A stretch of 64,000 bases of DNA, from positions 58,466,001 to 58,530,000 of the forward strand of contig NC_042998.1 in NCBI RefSeq assembly GCF_006345805.1, given 5' to 3'. Position 1 is the first letter of the stretch, and each line of letters starts with the position of its first letter. The translations under genes and the position numbers were made by a program. Source of the DNA: Octopus sinensis (taxonomy: Eukaryota). Below, piece by piece: positions 54,910-64,000 of this stretch. The notes beneath the pieces are model-generated. The model was not told the DNA's origin, did not search any database, and worked only from the letters and a program-made list of their open reading frames with translations.

Positions 54910-55171
54910 ACATATATATATATGTATATATATATATGTATGGGTGAGTGTGTGTGTATTTGTGTATGTATATGTATGTACACTATGTGTGAGAACTAAA
55001 CTTGTACATTTGTGATGATATTGGTAAGTAGCCTTGCTGGCAGGTACCTTTGTCATTAAAAGACTTTTTGTAAACTTATAAACATCTAATTACCAAAGTG
55101 GAAAAATTATCAGAAAAGCCATTTCTATTCATTTTTTTCAAATATAATAATAATGATAACAATAATAATAA

Positions 55172-55310
55172 TACAACACTGAGTACAAAACCAAATATAT
55201 GGCATCCTAGGCATAACACCAACATGAACTTCCAACTTGTTGTCTCTTGAGGTCTCTGGGTGAGACTTGGTGCCAACTTGTACAAATGTAAAGCAAAAGT
55301 CAAACATAAA
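55172..55310 (+). mobile_element. Probable 3' UTR of a TAA-targeted RLE-type LINE (second subfamily)
   Basis: Non-repetitive 139-bp insert with (taa)n on both sides; gaggtctctgggtgagacttgg resembles R4/HERO-type tails (recalled, not verified). Confidence 0.45.
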
Positions 55311-55334
55311 ATAACAATAATAATAATAATAATG

Positions 55335-55398
<64 letters not shown>

Positions 55399-55421
55399 TA
55401 ATAATAATAATAATGATAATA

Positions 55422-55756
55422 GTCTCTAAAAGAAATGGAGAAACTCTCAAAATACAAAGACCTGGAAATAGAGATAACTAGAATGTGGAACCTGAAAACA
55501 GAAACAATTCCTATCATAGTAGGTGCATTAGGCATGATAAAAAAATATTCAGACAAATACATAACAAAAACACCAGGACTTACAAACACATATAACATAC
55601 AGAAAATTGCACTACTAGGCACTGCACACATCCTACGCAGAACACTTTCCATACAATAACCATCAGAGCATCACAACAAATCACAGCACATACCCAAGGC
55701 ACACAGAGCTGCGCTCGGTAGTGAAGTGAAAGCACGCTATAAAAATAAAACTACTG
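55422..55756 (+). mobile_element. 5'-truncated R4/Dong- or HERO-like non-LTR retrotransposon (restriction-like endonuclease C-terminus plus 3' UTR)
   Basis: Open frame SLKEMEKLSKYKDLEIEITRMWNLKTETIPIIVGALG...IQKIALLGTAHILRRTLSIQ* to 55659; flanked by (TAA)n on both sides. Confidence 0.85.
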
Positions 55757-55809
55757 AATAATAATAATAATAATAATAATAAATGTATATGTCTGTATGT
55801 ATATGCATG

Positions 55810-55864
<55 letters not shown>

Positions 55865-56312
55865 TTCATTAGCTTACAGCTCTTTCTGCTATAAGATGTA
55901 GTAGACTCATAGTTGAGTGCCTGTTTAACACCTTATAACTTCAGTAGAGCCTCAAATATGAAGTACTTAATATTCAAGGCTCTGATGAAGCTATAGGGTG
56001 TTATTCAGGCATTCAACTATGAGTCCATTGACTGCTTCTTATAGCAGAAACAGCTGTGAGCTAATAAAGTTCATGTGTGTGTGTGTATGTGTGTGTGTGT
56101 GTGTGTGCGTGCGTCTGTTCATAAAACGACGTTTCTGGACAGACTCTTCATCTAAGCAAAAAAGCAATGAATATTTGCAATAAAAATTTATTTTCTTTCA
56201 GGTAATTTACTTTTGGATAGATTTGTTACAATATATTAGTCAATAATGATTTTCTGTAATTGGATATGTATTGTTTAATATTTATGATGTTCCATATTTC
56301 TATTTTTTCTAG

Positions 56313-56465
56313 TCCACATTCGGTGATAAACTGGTAACAAAATATCTGTTTGACAGTGATTTCAGTGATGATCCTCTACTACCATCTCCAAATCAACTCA
56401 AATACAAAATTTTAATAAAAAACAAAAAATTAAAAGATTTTGATAATCAAACTACAATTAAAAAA
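56313..56465 (+). CDS. PLCE1: PLC-epsilon exon, end of X box into X-Y linker ([40 protein letters not shown]...)
   Basis: Acceptor ttttctAG ends at 56312 and donor GTgagt starts at 56466; 153 nt, phase 0/0. [17 protein letters not shown] closes the X box, and DFSDDP matches the epsilon isoform. Confidence 0.95.
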
Positions 56466-56495
56466 GTGAGTATTTCAAATGCAAATTTATTTTAA

Positions 56496-56715
56496 CCCTT
56501 TCATTACTGCAATTATTTTCAGATGCTCTGTGTTTCTTTCAATTACTTTAAATATAACAAAGAATTTAGCAAAACAACTTAGTTATTATTCAGCTAGTGT
56601 TAGGAACATAAATTGTGACTAAGGTTTGGTGGAAGATTTTAATTCAGAACTTATGAAAAAAAGACATTTGTGCTCAGAGCCAGAGCTAGTTTCAGCTGGG
56701 TTGGTATTGAAAGGG
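56496..56715. mobile_element. piggyBac-like MITE, copy 1
   Basis: TTAA-CCCTTTCATTAC ... GTATTGAAAGGG-TTAA; starts 30 nt after the exon donor. Confidence 0.85.
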
Positions 56716-56732
56716 TTAATGCCATTCTTTAA

Positions 56733-56943
56733 TCTTTTCATTATTGTATTTAGTTTGAGATGCTTTGTTTCTTTCAATTACTTTAAATATAACAAAGAAT
56801 TTAGTAAAAGTTATTATTCAGCTTGTGCTAGGAACATAAATTGTGACAAAGTTTTGGTGGAAGATTTTAATTCAAAATTTATGAAAACAAGACATTTATA
56901 CTCAGAGTCAGAGCTGGTTTCAGCTGGGTTGGTAATGAAAGGG
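56733..56943. mobile_element. piggyBac-like MITE, copy 2 (same family, same orientation)
   Basis: TTAA-TCTTTTCATTAT ... GTAATGAAAGGG-TTAA; internal sequence parallels copy 1 with many substitutions. Confidence 0.8.
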
Positions 56944-57593
56944 TTAATACTTCATAACTTACATATTATAAAATGCAATGTGTTCTGTCAGTCCTGCTGG
57001 TAGAGAGGAGGTCAAACAACAGGGTAGAAGTGACTGACAGTCAAAGATGCAAAATGTGGGTGAAGTGTTGTGAGCTCTGAAGTTGCAGGTATTTTAATCA
57101 AAATGGAACTAAGATTTTATGATAAATTATGTTAACCAATCTCTCACACAGTCACCCACCCACACTCACACACTCACACATCTTCCATGTAATAAAATGC
57201 AATGTGTTTCATGCTGGTCATGCTGGTAGAGGGAAACTAAAACAACAAACAGAGTGGAAGTGAATCACAGTCAGAGACACTAAATGCAGATGAATTGCAT
57301 TGAGAAGTTTCACCTGATGTCACTGGTATATTAATCAAAAGGAAACAGCAAATTTTTATCATAAAAGATATTTCTTATATCAATTTCACACACAAACATA
57401 CACACACATATGCTATATATAAATATGTGTATTTACAAGTGTGTGTGGTGTAGATTGCTATTACATTAGAATTTGTTGTCAAAAATTTTTTTGTGAGGTT
57501 GGTAAGAGGAGTTTCAGAAAAATTTCAGAAAAGTTCCCCCTCAAATTTCAGCCCTTGTGACTTTAGTAGAAAGGACTATTATTGTTATTATTG

Positions 57594-58146
57594 AGTGAGA
57601 GAGCAGTTCATGCCATCAAAGTGACACTGGGGTAAAATATACGAAGCCCAATATACCCATCATGACTACCCGTCTGATAAGGGTACACCAGGCACATGCA
57701 TCACAACCAAATGTGCGTGACATAGTGATCTCATATCAAGATAAACAGCACATGACCTTGCAGGTGGGGCCCAGTTAGAATTTTCTTCAGGTTGAGTAGC
57801 CCATCCCGCTCAAAAGGTCTCTGAATAAGGGTTGTTTAAGGATGTTGAAAAAACCACTCATGTTTCCAGAGGTGAATTATTCAAACCCCAAAGAATCCCT
57901 CTCAACACATGGCTATGATGGTCCCCCACTACTTCTGCTCGTGATCAGAGATGCACATATCGTCAGCCACTAAGGGACATGCTCAACTGGTTAAGGTCAA
58001 ACAACTGACAAGCAAATCTGTGGTACTGAGCAGAATATTTGCTGTAGCCTATCTTTTATACCAAGACAAAACAATGTACATGATAACACTTCCAATCAGT
58101 TAAGATCAGAAGCCATGAGAGCCACTGCCTGGTACTGCATCAGGGC

Positions 58147-58224
<78 letters not shown>

Positions 58225-59661
58225 GGTGGCAAGTTTGCAGAATCGTTAGCACACTGGACAGAATTCTAAGCAGCATTTTATCTATCTTTATATTCTGAGT
58301 TCAAATTCCACCAAGGTCAACCTTGCCTTCTATCCTTTCAGAGTTGATAAATTAAGTACCAGTCAAGTACTGGAGTCGGTGTGATCAACTTTCCCTATCC
58401 CCCAAAATTTCAAGCCTTGTGCCTATAGTAGAACGAATTATTATCATTATTATTATTATTATTATTATTATAGTGAGAGAGAGCAGTACATGCCATCAAA
58501 GTGACACTGGGATACAAATATACAAAGCCCAATATACCCATCATGACTACCCATTTAAGGGTACATCAGGCACATGCATCACGACCATGTGTGTGTGACA
58601 TGGTGATCTCATACCAAGATAAAAAGCCCAGTTAAAATTTTCTTTGTGTTGAGCAGCCTATCCCACTCAAACAGTCCTTGAATAAGGGTTGTTTAAGGAT
58701 GTTGAATGAGACACCTATGTTTCCAGAGTTGAATAATTCAAACCCCCCCAAATTCCTCTCAACACATGGCTATGATACTCCCCCACTACATCTGCTCAAG
58801 ATCAAATATGCACACGTCGTCAGCTACTGAGAGACATGCTCAACTGGTTAAGGTCAAGCAACTGACAAACAAATCTGTGATATTGAGCAGAATATTTGCT
58901 GCATCCTATCTCTTATGCCAAGACAAAACATGTACATGATAACACTTTCAATCAGTTAAGATCAGAAGCCATGCGACCAGTGCCTGGTACAACATCAAGG
59001 CATTTATTATTAAGGCAAGAAGCTGACAGAATTGTTAATGTGCTGGATGAAATGCTTAATGGTATTTCGCCTATCACCATATTCTGAGTTCAAATTCTGT
59101 CAAGGCCACTCATATTTTGGGGTCAATAAATTAAGTACCAGTAAACACTGGGATCAATGTAATCGACTAGTCCCCTTCGCATGAAAATTCAGGCCATTGA
59201 GTGAGAGAGCAGTGCATGCCATCAAAGTGACATTGGGGTAAAATATACGAAGCCCAGTATAGCCATCATGACTATCCGTCTGATAAGGGTACACCAGGCA
59301 CATGCATCACAACCATATGTGCGTGACATGGTGATCTCATATCAAGATTAACAGCGCATGACCTTGCAGGTGGGGCCCAATTAGAATTTTCGTCTGGTCG
59401 AGTAACCCATCCCATTCAAAAGGTCCCTGAATAAGGGTTGTTTAAGGATGTTGAAAAAACCACCCATGTTTCCAGAGGTGAATTATTCAAACCCCAAAGA
59501 ATCCCTCTCAACACATGGCTATGATGGTCCCCCACTACTTCTGCTCGTGATCAGAGATGCACATAGGGCCATGTCAGCCACTAAGGGACATGCTCAACTG
59601 GTTAAGATCAAACAACTGACAAGCAAGTCTGTGGTATTGAGCAGAATATTTGCTGTAGCCC

Positions 59662-59665
<4 letters not shown>
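57594..59665 (-). mobile_element. Three copies of an about 555-bp non-coding element (57594-58150, 58472-59005, 59198-59665 truncated) alternating with SINE D and (ATT)n tracts
   Basis: All begin gagtgagagagcag..catgccatcaaagtgacactgggg on +; copies 1 and 2 end at catca(g/a)ggcattt and copy 3 stops earlier. Strand is inferred from the truncation pattern. Confidence 0.8.
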
Positions 59666-59719
<54 letters not shown>

Positions 59720-60425
59720 GTGGTATAGTCAGCTGAGGTAAGGCCCTTGACTTTTTCAAGGCATCCAAGACTGGCTGGATGAAGAGAAGTCATCCTCAAA
59801 CCAAAGACCTGAATTGACTACCTACAACATAGTAGCTTCCGTCAAAGTCACTGTCAAGTGATAATATCACACTGCACGGCAGAGTAAGTGAACCACACAA
59901 GGGCAGGAACTTAACCATTTAGTGAGCTTATTATCATTTGGTTGGTTGGTTGGTTGGTTGGTTTGTAAGAATTGAGAGTGTTGAAAAAAATTCCTTGCAA
60001 TATTTGTTCTCTTATTCTGCATCCTGATGAGAGTAGCTTTGCTTTTTATCTCTCTGGGTTTGATAAGCTCTGGGGCATTGGGACAATGTAATCAACTGTC
60101 CCCTTCTCCTCAAAATTGTTGGTCTTGCACCTACATTCAACAACTATAATTATCATTAGTAGTATATGGCTTGTCTTATAAACAGAATTAATAATGTTAT
60201 GTATCAAAAAGCAGCTATATACTTTTTAAAAATTTATCTGATGCTCTAATGATTGCTAATTTGCAATATTATGTTCATATATATATTTGTAGTAATGATA
60301 GAGTATCAGAATCAGTAGGACAGTAAATCAAATATGTTCTATTTAGTTACATCCCTTTGCTTTTTGAGTTTAATTCTCACCCTGTTCAGTCTTGTTTTTA
60401 CCTACTTTTAAGAGTTGATAAAATA

Positions 60426-60991
60426 TTGGGTAGTCTGGAAAGTTCATGCCGATTTTTAAAGGAAAGAAAAAGGTCAATAAATACTTGCCATTACATTTTT
60501 AATCAACTAAATATGAACCATTTTGTTGCACAATGCGTCTCCATCTTTCCTATAACTTGAAAATACCCTCTTCCCAGAATTGAGGTGGTTTCATGGCAAA
60601 AAATTCATCAAGGTATCTTTTTACATCATCCAAGGAATTGAAATTTTTACCATTAATACTATTCTGCAAAGACCTGAATAAGTGGCAATCCAAAGGAGCA
60701 ATATCTGGTGAATATGGAGGGTGGGGTAACACATCCCAGCCAAGCTGTAGCAATTTTTGTCTGGTTCCCAAAGCATCAAGTGCCAAAAATGAACTTTCTT
60801 ATCTTCCATTTTAAAGGGTTGCAGAATTAACACAGGTTATAGAAACATAAACCTTCTTCCCCGAAAAGATAGCTTAAACTGTGCTCTAAATGGAGGTGTA
60901 GTCAAATCCTATTTTATGGACTCAACCATGTTCTAAAATAAGTCGAAAGGTAAGCTACTATAAATTGGCACAAACTTTCCGGACAACCCAA
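60426..60991 (-). mobile_element. Internally deleted mariner with both TIRs
   Basis: TIRs ttgggtagtctggaaagttcatgccgattt / aaattggcacaaactttccggacaacccaa; TA at 60424-60425; N-terminal MEDKKVHFWHLMLWE joined at about 60766 to C-terminal TRQKLLQLGWDVLPHPPYSPDIAPLDCHLFRSLQN. Confidence 0.9.
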
Positions 60992-62138
60992 AAGTACTTG
61001 TCAAATAATGGGCCGATTAATTGATTATTTCCTCCCCCAAATTTGAGATCATGTTAAGTGAATTTGCACATCAGTTTAGAATACTGGGAAAAAATATCTT
61101 AACTTATTTAGTTATAGCTCTTTATGCTTTGAGTCCAATCCTACTGGGGTCCACTTTGCCTTTCAGCCTTCTAGAGACAAAATAAAATACCAGTAAAGTA
61201 CTGGAATACCTCGGATCACAGAGCAGCTAAACAACACAATAACTTGTACATATTTTATTGGAAGGATAAAAGACAAAGTTTACCTCAGTGGAATTCTAAC
61301 ACAGGATGTAATGAAACATAACTAAATACCAAAAAAGCCTTTTTAATCTATCTACCTCTTCACCTACCTCTCTTTGTTACTGTATATTCTATAAATAAAA
61401 ATAAAAAGTAGCAGACCAGACCAAAATTCTTAGAATATTAAGTTTCTCCTTCAAGAAACTTAAAACAAATTTTGCTTTGGTGACTTCCCTTTTGATCTTT
61501 CTAGTCTTGGAAACAAAAGTCACCAATAATGTGTTGGAGTTGATTTTGTCTTCTCTCCAATAAAATTTGTCTGTTGTCTAGGTAAATGAATTCATTATTA
61601 CTTTTACTATTTATATATTAAGTTTTCATTGAGCTATTTCTTTGACTTGTTATATAAAGTAAAGGTTAGTAATTTGTTGTGAAGGTCATTAAAGTAATAT
61701 TTCAAGATTACATACATCACCATTCCATTCAAAAAAGTCTTTTGGAAATATTCCATTTCCAATTCCTCAAGTTCCAATTATTTAAAAATTTGTAGGATAT
61801 TTCACTAAATAATTCCTGTTTCCGCAAACTTCACTGAAATAAGTTTTACACTTCGGTGCATCCTAAGTACAAATGCATGATCTTTAGAACAAATGTATCA
61901 ACCTCTTCATCAACAACATCACCATCATCATTATCCTTATAAATGTAAGATGTGTATGTATTTGCTTGATTTAGCAGCCAGACAAAATGGCTGTTTACAA
62001 CTGAAATGAGAGTCCAGTCAAATGGTTACTATAACAGATGGGTAATACACATGGTATTCTGGCCATTTCCAACATTCTGGCAGATTTAACTTTTCTTTTT
62101 ATTCCTCTGAGTTTCATAGAATAAATATCATCATCATT

Positions 62139-62170
<32 letters not shown>

Positions 62171-63076
62171 TACCATTGCCATCATTATCATCAACATCAC
62201 CTTATTTTGATCATTTAATGTTTCTTTCAACTTCTCGCACGGGCTGCACAGATTACTGTTGCTTTGTTTGATGGGTGATAGGACCACATCTCATACCTAA
62301 GTTTCATTTCTGGATTAATTTCTACAGTTGAATGCCTTTCCTAACTAACACCAACCACATTACATCTTTTTTCAAAACACTAGAGAAATTGCTGTGTATG
62401 TCACAAGACTCACTCATTTCCATTTTAAAAAGAGAACAGAACAGAAGCGAAACTGTGACGAATAGGAATAGCTGCAGATAGGTAAATGGTGAAAGATGTC
62501 AATATCAAATGGCTTGAAGGAGAGTTTAGGTAAAAGCTATGGGGTGTATGCATATCCAGTAAGATTCCTTATGCTTGTTCTCCAAGACAGGTGAAAGAGG
62601 AAGGAATGGGATGATCAATTAGGTAATTTACTGGTGTCAATTTAATTGACAACATCAATTTCTTGAAAGCAAAAAACAAAAAGAATATGTCCAATTGTTG
62701 CAGAGTAATAAAGAGAGATAATTACGTAACTTTTTTCAATTAAATGTATTAATTACTAAATTTTTCAGTAGAATTCCCATCAATTGCAGAATTTTAGTTT
62801 AATACTGCATCTATCATCATTATATAGACTGGGTTATTAAGAACTAATTACTAAATAGAAAATAAGTTAAGAATAAATAATATATAAACAAACATCTATA
62901 AATTTTCACCATAGGCGCAGAAGTGGCTGTGTGGTAAGTAGCTTGCTTACCAACCACATGGTTCCTGGTTCAGTCCCACTGCATGACACCTTGGGAAGGT
63001 GTCTTTTACTATAGTTTCGGGCTGACCAAAGACTTGCAAATGGATTTGGTAGAATGAAGCTGGAAGAAGCTCATCG

Positions 63077-63117
<41 letters not shown>

Positions 63118-63774
63118 GCGAGAAAGAAGCAACAAGAATGGATAGGTTTTTAGTACAATCGTTTCATACAAGGACAGGCTTTATTAAAAGTTGCAAAAAT
63201 TACAGCATATAAACGTGTCCCGTACTCATCAGCTAAAATACATGTGAGTTCTCTAGACATCCTAGTGGTTGAGGCTATACTCATGAAGTAATGTAGATAA
63301 TTAAGTAACATAAACAGATTTCCAAAGTTCATTAAAGTTCTTTAAAGATGATGTACAGTCTTATCACAGAATTTTAAAAAAGTTTTAATAGCATCACAGA
63401 GAAGGTGACCTAATCCATAGTGCACATATGAATTTCCAGAGATATGAGGAGGGATTACATACTCACAGACGACAAATTTATCCATTGTTAATCACAACGA
63501 GGTGGGTCTCAATTCCTGCTTATTAGCATTACAGAGAGGGTGAATTAATCCTTTGTATAGATGCACAATTTCCAATGGTGTAGATGTAAATTTCCAGAGA
63601 AATGAAGAGGAATTTCATATTCACAGGCGATAAATTTATCAATGATTGAACACAATGAGGTAGGTATCAATTCTTGTTATATGATTAGGTATTTGCCACA
63701 TTAATCACATTACTGCTATTTACAAGAGGCTGTAGCTATTAACTTTTAAAGGCTGAAGGGCTTTCTAGAGATGC

Positions 63775-63960
63775 AAAGAACAGAAAAGGGAAGGGAAGAG
63801 AAGAAAAGAGAGAAAATAAAGGAGGAGGGAGCAAAAAGGGGGGGAGGGGGACTAAAAGAGAAGAGAAAAGGAAAAGAGAATAAGAAGAAGAAAAAAGAAA
63901 AAGAGAAAAGAGAAAGAAATAGGGAAAGAAGGGAAAAAAAGAAAAAGAAAAAAAGAGGGT
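63775..63960 (+). repeat. Purine-rich (GA/AAAG) low-complexity tract
   Basis: Almost purely A/G; explains the K/E/R-rich ORF. Confidence 0.9.
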
Positions 63961-64000
63961 TCTAGTTATACAGAAGAATTAGTAGACGGCAAGTCTGGTT

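Larger units (their letters stand above)
53241..55145. repeat. Inverted repeat pair (53241-53450 and 54939-55145, about 210-bp arms)
   Basis: gcttttctgataatttttccactttggtaattagatg...ctcacccata is the reverse complement of tatgggtgag...catctaattaccaaagtggaaaaattatcagaaaagc, with few mismatches. Confidence 0.9.

Noticed and set aside
57594-59665. CRISPR-like or prokaryotic repeat-spacer interpretation of the alternating array
   Set aside because: Units are hundreds of bp, diverged and match dispersed eukaryotic repeats; no cas genes; the window is intron-containing animal DNA.
56466-64000. Next PLC-epsilon exon (acidic X-Y linker or Y box)
   Set aside because: No splice-bounded frame with recognisable similarity found; the (cat)n tracts near 61900-62200 are microsatellites. 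The exon may lie beyond the window or be too diverged to see.

Overview
AT-rich, microsatellite-dense animal genomic DNA. The SINE/LINE content suggests an octopus (coleoid cephalopod), which is an inference. One protein-coding gene crosses the window on the + strand: a phospholipase C epsilon (PLCE1-like). I resolved 8 internal coding exons by hand (11051-11197, 18497-18977, 32614-32828, 34807-34929, 37876-37980, 43777-43884, 50522-50638, 56313-56465). They splice in one open frame of 483 codons covering the FGGRRWS region, the EF-hand-like region, the catalytic X box and the start of the X-Y linker. Start and stop codons were not found in the window. Introns are filled with tRNA-derived SINEs (at least 4 families), RTE, CR1 and RLE-type LINE fragments, mariner/Tc1 remnants, piggyBac-like MITEs, a gypsy gag remnant, a probable solo LTR, a 1.8 kb foldback element with an 8-bp TSD, an 863-bp near-perfect tandem duplication and several long palindromes. 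The most interesting signals are: (1) two palindromic Penelope-like remnants carrying hammerhead-ribozyme motifs, with the host-sense copy mutated and the antisense copy intact in both; (2) a cluster of (TAA)n-targeted retroelements; (3) the foldback element. Almost all ORFs in the supplied track are microsatellite or repeat artefacts. Repeat boundaries were read by eye and are approximate to about 10 bp unless stated.
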